A program made the position numbers and the translations under genes. A stretch of DNA of 64,000 nucleotides from Octopus sinensis (Eukaryota): positions 620,001 to 684,000 of the forward strand of contig NC_043010.1 of NCBI RefSeq assembly GCF_006345805.1, written 5' to 3'. Below the pieces are notes generated by a model. The model worked only from the letters and a program-made list of their open reading frames with translations, did no database searches and was not told the origin of the DNA. Within the stretch, counting starts at the first letter, position 1; the number at the start of each line of letters is the position of its first letter. Positions 1 through 13,571 of the stretch are shown here, piece after piece.

Positions 1-347
1 TGGTGGTGGTGGTAGTCTTGGTGTTTGTAGAAATTCCTGCTGTGGCGGTGATGGTGGCGGTGATAGCGATGGCGGTGGTGATCATGATGGTGGCGGTAGT
101 GATGATGGTGGTGTTGGTGACGCATTTATGGTGATGGTGGCGGTGGTGGTGGTAATGATGGCTGGTGTAATGGAATAGAAGTGGATAGGTTTACCTGGAA
201 AGACATCGGATGTGTGGAGTAGGAGAGGAGGTAGAAGACGGAAAACATTTTTGTGGGTGTGGGGTAAAAAGGCTCCATAGTTAAAATATTTCCTTAGTCG
301 CCCTCCTCCGCCTTCTTCCTGTTATCTTTCTCTTTCTCACTCTCTTA

Positions 348-394
<47 letters not shown>

Positions 395-460
395 GCTTTC
401 TTCGTCGACGATATCAAGATGAGAGGAATAACAGCAGATATGACGTACCAGATAGGGATT

Positions 461-509
<49 letters not shown>

Positions 510-966
510 ACAGAGAGAGAGAGGGAAGATGGAAGTAAGAGGAAGAGTGAGAGAGTGAAAAAGAAGCAAAAGAGAGGAAGAAGTAAGAGAGGAGGAGTGG
601 AATATGGGTAAAAAAGAGAAAGAGTATATAACTACAAATATTGCTCGCTCCGGAAAACCGTACCGTAACCTGGAGTTCCGTAATGTGAAATGCATTCCTT
701 ATAAACTCATGTTGGAATATGGGTTTCACGTTATGGAATTTCATTTAACAACGAAATTTTCCCGGATCGCAACGTTTCCGCAATGCGCGGTAATGGCTGT
801 ATAACTAAATACATCTGGTCACATAATTCAACATAACATATTATATCATAACACGATGCAATACGCGGTAACACGATGCAGCACAACGGTTGTGTTACAT
901 GAGGGAGATTTGCTACTACTTCTGACAGCGACGTAGAGGGTCCTTCAATGTTTACTATTATCAAGA

Positions 967-1098
967 TGGCAGTGAGGTGGCAGAATTGTATGAGGCTCGA
1001 AGAAAATGATTTGCAGTTGTTAATCTGGCTCTTTACGTTCTGAGTTCAAATCCTGGCTAGACCAACTTTAATTTTTATCCTTCCGCGGCTGATAAACA
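967..1098 (+). mobile_element. Family-A SINE, degenerate
   Basis: Head and B-box match. Confidence 0.6.
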
Positions 1099-2058
1099 CA
1101 GCGGAACTCATCGCAGCACAATACTCTGTATCATAAACCCACAGAACATAAAACGCAATAATGCAAGATATGTCACAGCATATGTTACAATATAAAACAA
1201 CGGATGAAGGCACAACACAACACTTGAATATAATTCAAAGCAACAGGACTCAGCAAAACGACATTATCACAACATGATCAAAACACTGGATCGTAACGGC
1301 CCTGCTCAACTCAAGTCCAGTCTTTTTCTCACCATCACAATCCTGCAAAATTATAACATTCTCCTTCTTCTATAAATACATGAGTCTATGAAAGACAGCG
1401 AAGAGAGAAAGGGAGAAAAGAAAGAAAGAAACGGGAATAGAGAAAGAAAGATAAAAAGAAAGCGCTGTAGAAAGAAAGGGGAATATAAAGAGAGGAAGGA
1501 AGAGTGGCAGAGTAAAAAAATATTCAAACAAACAAAAAACAAATTAAATGGTGCAAAAAGTAAACTTTGCAATCCCACCCCATTCCACCCAGAATCTCAT
1601 AAACTACCCCATTGCACTCCACTCCACCCACAACTCCATCCTTGTCATATAGGAAGCAAATAAAACATAAAGGCAGCGAGAAAAGCACGCACGTATAACA
1701 AAGAGAGCAGCGCCACCTCATCTTCACCACTGGAATTAAAATGCTGTTGTGAAATGAATGACAAGGTTTCATGTTACTTCCTGTCACACTTGTGTCAGTA
1801 ATGGAACAACAAATGCAAATTTATGCCTTGATACCTTCATAAACAAACAAAACAAAACAAAACAAATAAACAAACTCTCAGAAATAAACATTATTGTTTT
1901 TCTCTGTTTTTGTTTTCCCCTTTTTATAGGAAGAGGGGGGGGGGACTAATGGATTAAAAATTAACAGATCAATATTTTTCGAAAAAAGATGAACGAAAAA
2001 AATAATAGAAATATTGATAATATATAAATACATACATACACACACACACACACATATA

Positions 2059-2134
<76 letters not shown>

Positions 2135-2406
2135 CTTTGCTTGTTTTTGTAAATGGCATCTTTCTGGCGTTGGTAGTGGTGCATATTGTATTTCAAAGAA
2201 TCCGTCATTATTCACAGAGTACGGAGCTTTTATTAGGCACACACACACACACACGAATACATACACACAAATACACACACACAAATACATACATACACAC
2301 ACAGAGATACGCACACGTGCACATACATACACAGACACGCTCGCGTACATACGATTGTGTGTATGTACATGTTACATGTACGTGTATCATATATATATAT
2401 ATATAT

Positions 2407-2438
<32 letters not shown>

Positions 2439-3761
2439 GTGTGTGTGTGTGTGTGTGTGCGTGTGTGTGCGTGTATGTTTTATATTTTTATACCTGATTT
2501 TTTATATATTTATGGTTTCGTCGTTGTTTTTGATGTTGTTGTTGTTGTTGGCGTTGTTGGCGTTCATTTGCTTAAAAGCCTAAAACAAGAGAAAAGAAGC
2601 AAGCGAAGCGAGTCAAAAAAGAAAAACCCAAAAGACAAAAAAAAAAAACATAAAACTAAAAAAATTGAACAGGAAAAACCATTGAAAGAAGGAAAGAAGA
2701 GGAGAAAGAAAAACATGAGAAGAAAATTTATAAACATAATTAAGAAATGAGTAAACAATCAGCGATAATGAAATTAACAGGTAAAAAATATATAAAAAAA
2801 AGTAATTATTGAGCATGTAAATAATTCGTTAAATGTTTATGTTTTAATGTTTACAGTGGAGTTGATTCCGTTGTTGATGCTGTTGTTGTTGTCTCCCCGA
2901 GTTAGTTCCTCAGCGAATTAGGCAGTGGCCCAGGTGACATTGACATTAAAAGTAATCAGTCAAGCGGGGTCAAGGAGGGTTTGATCTATGGATCTATAAG
3001 CTCTGGATATGCCACATCCCATCCTAGTTGACCACCACCGTATTTCATATTCTGACATGCCAGAGATGCTTTGTGTGTGTGTGTGTGTGCGTGCCTGTTT
3101 GTATGCGTGTGTGCGTGCGCGAGTGTGTGTGTGTGTTGCTGTTATTGGTTGTGGTTGCTATTATTGTTGTTATTGTTATTATTGATGCTGTTGTTATTGG
3201 TGTTTAGTTTAAACCTGAGTCGGATCTGACAAAAGGCGATCGATGATCAAAGTTGTTGAAAGCCACTTCATGCATTTTAAGTTTGAATCACTTCCGAGAT
3301 CAACTTTGCCTTTAACTATCCTAAGGGGTCGATAAATACAATACCAGTAATACGATGGTGAACTGGAGAAATCGTTAGAGCGTCAGAAGAGTTCTGCTTT
3401 ATGGCATTTAATCTTACTCTTTACACGCCGAGTTCAAATCCTGCTCTGGCCGACTTCAACGGCAGACCTCCTTGTTTAATACCAAACTTGGCCTTTCGGT
3501 GGGTGCTTTTGGCAGAGTCCCCTTTATCGCATCTATTTAGATCAGGTCTCTGGTTTTCAGATCTTACCCAGATGCCTTTCTCCTTCCCTTCTATTAGTTT
3601 CGGAATCCCTAACTTCTAACTGATTAAAAATCCCCGTCTTTCCGTTTTCACACAATATATCACCAGCAAGCTTACTTGCTATGCAGCGCCGAAGAAGCAT
3701 TCATAGAATTAATTTACTTCTTGCGGAGAGGCTGCATGATCACAGATAAAAACGATAAACG

Positions 3762-3950
3762 TCGCCCTTTTCAAGCCTAGTTTCCCGGTTTCTGTGGCGT
3801 ATGTGTTCCCCAGCTGGACGGGACGCCAGTCCATCGCAGTGTTACTCACTTTTTGCCAGCTGAGTGAACTGGAGCAACGTGAAATGAAGTGTTTTGCTTA
3901 AGAACACAACGCGGTGCCCGGTCCAAGAATCGAAACCGCAATCTTATTTA
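3762..3950 (-). mobile_element. Family-C SINE
   Basis: Matches 20178-20400. Confidence 0.78.
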
Positions 3951-4699
3951 CATAGATATATTTGTATACGAAACGTCATAACTTACAGTGCTGCTCTAGT
4001 TTTTTATAGAAAATCTGAATGGATAACTTTCAGAAGTTAAGTAATAGAATGCATATTCATGCTACCTCCCCCCCGCTCCCTAAAATGACTGACGTTGTGC
4101 CAAAATTTAAAACTATTATTATTACTACTATCTCAACACGTTGGCTCCCGACCCTCATTTTACGTTTCATCCTAGGATCCCAATACGATATCTTAAATAA
4201 TTTTGACATGAGCTACATTATATTTTCACACTATACCGTATATGAGACTAGGATCACATACTGTAGTGTCAGATATCCACGTCCCAATGGAGGGTCGTGT
4301 GGTACCCTAGTTCATATCACATTCTAGATACTACACGACCTATTTTCTATTGGAAGATCTCAAAATCTATACAAAAAGAACTATTTTGGTTTCCATGGCA
4401 AGTAAAATATTTTTCATTCCCTTCCCTTTCTTCTGGAAAATCTACCAATTTTTCAAAAAAAGAACTAGCTATATTTGTTTCAATGGAAAATAAATTTTTC
4501 TCATTACTCACTCTTTTATTTTACCTCATTACACGTTGAAATCAGAAGAAAAACGAAAAAAAAAAGAAATTTATCAAAGCAATCAGAGCATACCAACTCT
4601 CAGAAAGCCCATAGGAAAGAAATTAAAAAACGACCGCTGGTGGGTCGGGCGGGACTCGCTGACCACGTGTTAATACAATTAAATATTATCATCAGTTTT

Positions 4700-4886
4700 A
4701 ATTGTTGGCAAAAGGCCAGCAATTTTGAGAGAGGAGGCTCGTCGATTAATTACATCGACCCTTGTGCCACGGAAAGATAAAAGGTAAAGCCGGCCCTGGC
4801 GGGATTTGAACCCAGAACGTAAAGATGGACGAAATGCCGTCAAGCATTTCGCACGGCGTGCTTACAATTCTGCAAGCTCGCCGCCC
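4700..4886 (-). mobile_element. Family-A SINE, monomer
   Basis: Reverse-complement match. Confidence 0.8.
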
Positions 4887-5283
4887 TAAACTGTGATGTT
4901 ATTAAGTGTGTAAGGCTGGCACACACTGGGCAGTAATTAATTTTGTTGATTAATGACCGAATTAAACCTTGCAGTCAGCTTCGACATAACATTTTATCCG
5001 ACCGTTGTTCCGAAGGAAATATTTATTATATTCCATTCAATAGACTACGGCTGCTCTAACACATCATCTGTGTGTGCAGGCGCAAATTATATTAAGCGAT
5101 AGAAATTTATACAGGGTCAAGGGTACAACCGTAGCCCTAAGAGGTGTCGTGGGCAGATGCGACGACGACCACGACAGGACTTTTCGCTTTAAGATGTGTT
5201 CTATTTAATAAGACAATAGGATTCTATCTCAAGCAGCTCCAGCGACTACATAGCTTTCTCTCTTTCTTTCTTTTCTTTTCTTT

Positions 5284-5327
<44 letters not shown>

Positions 5328-6283
5328 TCCTTCTTCGTTCCTTTCTTTCTTTCTTTCCTTCTTCCTTCCTTTCTTTCCTTCTTTCTTTCTTTCTTTCTTT
5401 CTTTCTTCTTCTTTCTTTCTTTCTTTCTTTCTCTGTCTTCATGTACCGGAGCACATTTCTTTATCTGTGCATGAAGACAGGTAAAGTGTTTATGTCAGTC
5501 GTGTTCAATTAATAAATTAATATCTGTCCTCTAAGGCGTACTGGGGTTGATGTAATCGACAGGCGCCCGCCTCCCACAAAATTTCAGGCCTTGTGCCTAG
5601 AGTAGAAATGAATATCTTTCTGTCTTCTCGCCCCCTCTCTGTTCCTCTCTCTCTATCTCTTTAGCTGTATATGTACTATCTTCACTGACATACATGTCGA
5701 CATAGTATATAGTGTAAACATTTCATGTAAACATTCAAACATCGTCACTGTTTTCAAATCCTACTAGATTTCTCCTGGAATCGTTGGTGTATAAGTCGAC
5801 CTAACTACTATTCGACTGTAAATTTTGGTCTGAAAAATTCCAATTGTGTGCCGGAAAGTACAGTATGTTTCTGCATGTGCGTGCTTGCAATCCTGAGCGA
5901 GCGTGCGTATGTGTTTGCCTCTAGTGCCAAAAAGTACTATTGCCAAAACAGACTGAATATCCAGTCAGATATGTTGAATCGTCAGCGTCCCAGCAGCCGC
6001 GGCCATTCTCTTCAGTACACTTTATTCTTTCCTAGCAGTAGTCTCGGCGGTTTTATAAAGAATCATGGATTCCGCCTTCTCTCCTGATTAAAAGATAAAA
6101 CCAAAGAACTCTCGAGAAATTAAGATTGCGATGCTGTTTCTCCTTCTCAAAATTCAAGCCGCTTCCTTCATAAAAAGACTCACAGAAAAATAATGCATCA
6201 ATAATGCAATCTGCTAAAAAAAAAACAAGTTAGGGAAGTGTTAAAATCTTTAATGTATCAAGCTTTTAACAGTTAATTAGAAA

Positions 6284-7090
6284 TAATTGGCTGTGTGCTT
6301 CAGAAACTCGCTTTGTAACCACGTGGCTTCGAATTTAGTCTTACTATATGGGATCTTGAGCAAGTATCATCAACTATAGTTCCGGCTCAAACAATTCCAC
6401 GTGAGTGAATTTTGTAGACGGAAACTGTGTGAAAGCCCGTGCTATACTGTATTTGTATATATATACCGTAAATCTTCGAGTATAACACGCAGGGGATTTT
6501 TATGGGGCTGTACCTCTGAAAAAACTAAACCTTGTGTATAATGCGCACCCCTTCTCTAACTTGAGTCGTGCGTAATTAAGCCAGCAGCACCTAGTCGAAC
6601 AAACACTTCCGCGCATGCGCAATACAATAATGGGAATGTAAATATGTTTTCAAATTGTTTTTGTTACATGTTATTCTGTGTTCTGAATACTTTTATTTTA
6701 GTAAATGTTGCTTACTGCAAGTTATGGATGATTCTTTTATGACTTCATTGCTTTCAGGCTTAGCTTAAGGTATTTTCGCGCCCGACATCACAAAATGCAT
6801 CTAAATAAACATTGCCGGACAGCAAATAGAGACTCGGACATTGCTTAGAAAATATTTTTCATTTTTAACCTCATATATAATACGCACTAGAGATTTTGAC
6901 CTTTAAATTTTGGGGAAAAAATGCGGATTATACTCGAGGATTTACGGTATATGTGTACGCATGTGCATGTTTGCACGCCACCACTTGACAACCGTTGTTG
7001 ACTTGGTTATGCACCCGTAATTCAGCCGTTCGGTAAATGAGATTGATAGAATAGATACCAAAGTTTAAAAAAAAACATAAGTCTTTGTTC
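6284..7090 (+). mobile_element. Family-B SINE, old, split by the Tc2 MITE
   Basis: The 5' half (6284-6445) and 3' half (6976-7090) match family B. Confidence 0.7.
6466..6947. mobile_element. Tc2/pogo-type MITE with TA target duplication
   Basis: TA|CCGTAAATCTTCGAGTATAA ... TTATACTCGAGGATTTACGG|TA. It sits inside the central microsatellite of a family-B SINE. Confidence 0.88.
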
Positions 7091-7819
7091 GACTAAACTC
7101 CCCTGCCTGTAGAATAGCATGCTACTTACACGTTAATTTCCTTTCTCTGCATATGTGGTTGCTCATCGTCGATTCTGACGGAGAATCCAATATTTATTTC
7201 CTATATTGATATAATTCTGCAAACTTGGCGATAATGGTGTGGGGAGTATTCGAACCGATTACATCTTAAAATCCACCCGGTACTATAAGATGGGGGAGGA
7301 GGCCGAAGTTGCCCTCCGTGCGATTTGAAATCGTAACGTGTAAAAGATAAAAAGAAAAATATATAAACTCTGAGCCATAAACGTGAAGACTTTTCGTTTG
7401 CCGCTCTGATGATTCCACCAAGCCATTGGCCTCCGTACATTAAGTATATTAACACCAACGTAACCATGGCAAGAACGATCTATGCTCGATTTCTCACGTA
7501 TCCTCCCCTCAATAAGAGATAAGGGCCTATTGTACCATGTGACAAAAGAAAAAAGAAAAATAGAAGACAGAAAAAAGACAGTTACCGTTTAGTTTTGGGT
7601 TACAGTTGTTGCTGTTGTTGCTGCTGTTGTTGTTTTTACGGTTTCTGTTGTTGTTTTTGTTGTTGGTGTTGGTAAGTGAATTCCTCCATTAGGGAAAAAT
7701 ACCGCTTCCAGCAAACTGACTTCATATTTCACCTGGTTGATTAATTCCTGGTTTATATTGTGTGCTTTTAATTCCCCGAACATAGCGAATGCCCTCGAGA
7801 TAGTTGCACGAATGCTGCC

Positions 7820-7873
7820 ATCGTCATCATCATCATCGTCGTCGTCGTCATCATTATCATCATCACCATCATC

Positions 7874-7931
<58 letters not shown>

Positions 7932-8385
7932 CGATCATCAACATCATCGCCATCGTCTTCCTCATCATCATTGTCGTCGTCGCCGCCGTCGTCATTATAA
8001 CCACCACCATCATCATCATCATCGTCATCGACATCGTCATCGTTATCATCATCAACATCATTGTAACGAGCATCATCAATATCATCATCATCATTGTCGT
8101 CACTGTCGTTATCATCGTCGTCATCATCATCATCATCATCATCAGCGGCAGCAGCAGCAGCCCTATCTGCTTCGTCGCCATCATTGTAGTGGCGTTGATC
8201 GTCGGAGTCGTTATCATCATCAAGTTTTATATTATCATAAGTGTCACCGTCTCTATAGGTGTCAGCACCATCACCACACTTGCAACTGTCATCACCCCTA
8301 CAACCGCTACCACCATCGCCAACGCCGCCGCTGCCGTCGCTGCTGACGCTGCTAACTTCCACCACCACCACAACAAACATCATCA
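7820..8385. repeat. (CAT/CGT)n degenerate triplet array
   Basis: Direct reading. Confidence 0.95.
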
Positions 8386-8397
8386 TCAGACCTATCT

Positions 8398-8796
8398 TCT
8401 TTTCTGATCATGGAACAAGGCCCGAAATTTTGGGGGAGGAGGGCCAGTCGATTAGATCGCCTCCAGTAGGTAACTGGTACTTTATTTATCGACCCCGAAA
8501 AGATGAAAGGCAAAGTTGACCTCGGTGGAGTTTCAACTCAGAACATAAAGACAGACGAAATACCTATTTCTTTGCTGCCCACAAGGGGCTACACACAGAG
8601 GGGACAAACAAGGACAGACAAACGGATTAAGTCGATTATATCGATTCCAGTACGTAACTGGTACTTTATTTATCGACCCCGAAAGAATGAAAGGCAAAGT
8701 CGACCTCGGCGGAATTTGAATTCAGAACGTAAAGGCTGACGAAATACGGCTACGCATTTCGTCCGGTGTGCTAACGTTTCTGCCAGCTCACCACCT
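8398..8796 (-). mobile_element. Family-A SINE, dimeric form
   Basis: Reverse-complement match to 35690-36085. Confidence 0.88.
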
Positions 8797-10579
8797 TCCA
8801 TCAGCTCTATCTTCATCTCCACCATTGTCTTAAGTTTGCTATATATATATATATATATATATATAATTGTGTGTGTGTGTGTGTGTACTTCTGCAAGCTA
8901 AAGATATTCTTAGCATACTAAAGTGAAGGAGTAACCATTAATATGAAGAAGAAATAATAAACAGAAAGAATAATAAAATACATACGTAAATAAATATATA
9001 TAAATATATAATATATATATATGAATGATAAAAAAATCAACGGATGAAAACAAAAAAAAATTAAAAATATGAATACAACAAAGAATAGAAGATTGTATAG
9101 TGAAGAAGTCCAAATTGTTAAATATATTATTTCTAAGTTCGATTTCGGATTCATGAGGCAGTTTCCTCACGTGTGAATCCAAGAATGACAGAATTCAGAT
9201 CAGTACAGCTGGAAGGTGTTTGATTTAAGTGAGATCAGATTAAAGATATTAGTTACCGGATGATCAATAATAGTGCGAAAGAAGCAAAAGTTTAAGGAAC
9301 ACGATCGGTGGATCTGCGGAAAATACATGGCAGCATCCGAGGTTTTATATATACCATGTGATGCTGAACTGATAGCTGACCCCAGCCATTCCTTCCACAG
9401 AACCACATGTCACCCTCCGAGGCTTCCTTCCTACCCTATCCAGAGGTCAGTGGCAATCACCTTCCAGTACTGGGACCTGATCTGTATTTGTTATCAGAGT
9501 ATTCTGTTCGTTCTCTTCTCATTCGGTGACACCAGCACACATCAGTAAATAATTTGTTTGCTGATGTTATAAACAAGAGCCATAAACTCATGACAGATTC
9601 GTCTGTCGGAGGAAGCTTTGCCTGAGGAGACACAACGATGTCAAAACACTGGGTGTTCCAAACTCCCCTTAAAAAAGGAATAGTCTCTTATGAATACACA
9701 TTCCTCTGCCTATTCATCCACTCATATATCTATCCATCTACCCATCTTCTTAAATACCCATCCATCCACCCAGCCCCACTCCTATCCCTCCTTTCATCCA
9801 TTTGTCCAACTCTCAATCTAACCATACACACACCCACCCATCCATCCACCGTCCATTCACCTATCCATCCATCCATCCGCTTATATATCTGTCTATTCAC
9901 CCTTCCAACCATGCCCCCATCCTCCTATCCATCCACCCACCAACTTATCTATCTATCCGTTAACCATCTACCTATATGGTCTCACCGGGCCCATGGCGCC
10001 AGGTAGTAGAATCGAATCAGACAGAACCAAATATCTCAACCACACAGCTTTGCCACCCTTATATGTTCTGAACACCAAATTCCACTCAGGTCGACTTAGT
10101 CTTTCGTTCAACCAGAGATCGATAAAATAATTTACCCGTCAACTAGTAATGACGATCTAACCATTTATATACCCACCCTCTAAACCGGGTGGCATTGTAT
10201 TTAGATTAGAAACAATAAGTTATTGAGCTTTATATTCATTTTGGTGGTTCTTGTTCTGCCTGTCATTGTCTCTTTCTCTTCCTCTGTCAGTCTGACTGTC
10301 TGTCAAGCTGTCTCTGTGTGGCTGTCTATCTGTCGCTCGCTCTCTGTATGCTTGTCTCCCTGTATGTCTGTCTCTCACTTTCTGTCTCTCTCTCTGTCTT
10401 TTTCTCTACCTCTCTTTCTCTCCCTCCCCCTCCATCTCTCATTCTCACTTCATATCTTCACTACTTTCCTTGTCGTCTTCCCACCTCCAACTTTTCCCCC
10501 TCCTCCTCGTCCTCTCCCTCTCATGCTCCCTCTTCTCCTCCTTGCTATCATTATAAACGTCATTGTACTAATGATAATA

Positions 10580-10772
10580 ATCACTACCACTACTACCATC
10601 TCTATCATCATCATCATCATCATCATAATTATCGTCGTCATCATCATAACATTCATCATTATTATCGTCACCACCACCACCACCATCATCACAACCGTCA
10701 TCATCATCATCCTCATCGTCGTCGTCGTCGTCGTCATCATCATCATCATCATCCTCATCGTCGTCGTCGTCG

Positions 10773-10808
<36 letters not shown>

Positions 10809-11480
10809 GAATCGTCATTGTAGCCGTAATTGTCGTTATTTGTCGCCATCATCATCTTCATCATCATCATCATCATCAGCAGCAGCATCAGCATCGTCAA
10901 CACCATATTGTTACTTTTGTAATAGTAGTAGTAGTAGTAGTAGTAATAGTTGTTGTTGTTCTTGTGCTTAATCTGCTTCCTCTTCTTCTTAATCATCATC
11001 TTCATCATCTCCAATACTATTCTGTTCCTCCCCGTCACCATCATCACTCCTATTCACCATTCTCTTCATTAGAATTTCATCAGCATCAACATCATCAACA
11101 ACACCATTCTCACATTTTATCCCTTTCATCACCGTCACTACCACCACCACCACCACCACCACCACCACCACCACCGCCAACCCCACCACAACCACTACCA
11201 CCGTCACCGCCACCACCATCATCATCACCATCACTGACATCATTACAACACTCAGCTCGCACCTCCTACCATCCCCCACCATCCGCAAGCATATCACAAC
11301 CGCGTCAACACTGCCGGCTGTCCACCCATCCATCCACCCATCCATACAACCATCCATCCATCCATCCATCCATCTATCCATCAACCCACCCCTAACTTCC
11401 ACGTCCATCACCACCTTCTTATCCCCAACCAACACCACCACCACCACACCACCACCACCACCACCGCCGCCACTGCCACC
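10580..11480. repeat. Compound (CAT)/(CGT)/(TAG)/(CAC)/(CCAT) low-complexity block
   Basis: Direct reading. Confidence 0.95.
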
Positions 11481-11865
11481 GACGCCAAACAGCTTTGCTG
11501 TTAAGAAAACCATAAAGATGTTCAAATTGGAACATTATTCAAAATTTACTGCTGTAAATAGCATCATTGAGAGTGCATTTTATTACTGAACCAGCCTATT
11601 ATCAAGCTAAATCACTCTCTATCCAACAGCCTCGTAGTGTTTCTACAGAATCTTGCCAGATCATAGCATATTTATGACTTTATACCATGTCAGAGCATAC
11701 ACTAACGTGTCGTATGACATCTTGCCAAAATCCTATACCTGACTTCTACTAGACTTCTATCGCTCCAGACTTGAATCCCAGGAAGAAAATATCTTGGGCA
11801 TGTGTGTGTCTGTGTGTCTGTAAAACGGCATGCCACAAAGTGTATACGCAAATTTAAAATAATTA

Positions 11866-11920
<55 letters not shown>

Positions 11921-11989
11921 GTATGTATGTGTGTATGTATGTCTATATGTATGGATATATATGTAGGCATAAATATATATGTATAACCA

Positions 11990-12026
<37 letters not shown>

Positions 12027-12252
12027 ATATATATATACATATACACACACACAAAACATATACTTGCTCTAGCATGGCCGCAGTCAAATGACTGAAACAA
12101 ATGAAAGTCCTTCAGTCTGATTCAGAGTACTTGATTCATGGATTTTTTTACTCTATACCCTGGATTACGTTACCTTTAAATTCCTTCAGAGTACGTCTTT
12201 TCTGCACCTTTGATTACATATTATATGTATATATGAATATACACGTACATAT

Positions 12253-12305
<53 letters not shown>

Positions 12306-12329
12306 ATATATATATATATATATATATAT

Positions 12330-12822
12330 CCTCCCCCCTCCCGTCGTTGACCCGCGACGAGACTTCCGCTGCTGTCTTTCTGGCCTGGCCCTCTCAAGGT
12401 ATGGACGACAATTATTTTTGCTCCGTTCGTCGTTCACAAAAATCAGCGTTTGCAATACTTTTTTTCGTTCGGCGTTAACAGCCCTCATCTTGTTTTTCCT
12501 TGTCCTGTCTTTTACTGTTAATTTGTACTGTCGTTACTGTCCTGTTTTTGTTACCATTTTTTACCCCTCTGCGAAAAGATCTCAGAATTTTAATTGATTT
12601 GCTTTTCGCAGGAAGGAAAGTTTCTTGTCGAAGATACGTCTCGCTTTCACCTTCGAAACGTAGAGTAGATGAAACCATAGCGACTGAAGAAGGGTTTTTT
12701 TCTTTGCGTTAATTGTCCTGTACTCTATTTTTTTGTTGTTTAAAGAAATGTCCAGTTCCTTTGGTTTGTGTCTATGTTTTCGTTTCTCTTTGTGTTCGAC
12801 GTCTTTTTGGTGTCCTGTACTC
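12330..12822 (+). mobile_element. Unclassified (TA)n-flanked repeat, possibly Penelope-like; related to 40205-40365
   Basis: Shared blocks CGAAA..GAGTAGAT..CTGA(A/T)GAAGGG..TTGTCCTGT..GTCCTGTAC-(TA)n. Confidence 0.5.
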
Positions 12823-12902
12823 ATATATGCGTGTATATGTACATGTAGAGGTAAGTACGTACATATATGTTTATATATATGCATATGTTTTATTTTATTT
12901 AT

Positions 12903-12958
<56 letters not shown>

Positions 12959-13334
12959 CACACGAATATAACTGTTCTGCAATGTAATTTCCCGTTTTGT
13001 AGAAAGAAAAGCAGTCAGACGGAGGAAATATCTTCTATGATCTTATTTTGGATCATCTTTAAATAAACGAAGATATTTCCTCTGTGTGCCTACTTTTCTT
13101 TATACACATATATATAATATTTCGTTTTGGGATTTGGTCTGCAGGATTCTTTATGTGAGTTCGTGTGTTTGAGCATATTCTGATGTGCCTCGGAGTCAAG
13201 ACTATTGAAAAGCTTGCAAGACGCAACTCAAATTTTAGGAAAATAAAAATAAGGAATAAGTGGAAATTTTACTGGCGAGTGTGTTAAATTATAAGGCACA
13301 AAAAGAAAATGACTCTCCCGAGACACAACCGTAT

Positions 13335-13522
13335 GTATAATAATATAGGGCATAATTAATCAATTAATTCATTTTGCCAAGTAGTCAGTACGTTAAAAAA
13401 TCCTTTTTAGGTAAATTATACAAAATATTCTATAATTATAATCAGGTGTCATATATATATAGGATCTATTCCATCTCAGTCACCGATTTTTTAATTAATT
13501 TTTTATGGAATAGATCCTATAT

Positions 13523-13528
<6 letters not shown>
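13335..13528. mobile_element. Diverged relative of the 54.7-kb fold-back element, with a short terminal hairpin
   Basis: 13347-13430 aligns with the reverse complement of ~55097-55178 (about three-quarters identity by eye). Hairpin arms 13451-13474 and 13505-13528. Confidence 0.7.

Positions 13529-13569
<41 letters not shown>

Positions 13570-13571
<2 letters not shown>

Noticed and set aside
7589-8386. 265-aa poly-Asp ORF and overlapping poly-His/Ser/Met ORFs
   Set aside because: Frames are open only because the (CAT)n array lacks stops; there are no protein-like domains.
9140-9200. Branched hairpin GGATTCA..TGAATCC followed by GAAA (minus strand)
   Set aside because: The upstream core and stem III do not fit a hammerhead.
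10223-11395. 390-aa ORF
   Set aside because: A read-through of compound microsatellites.
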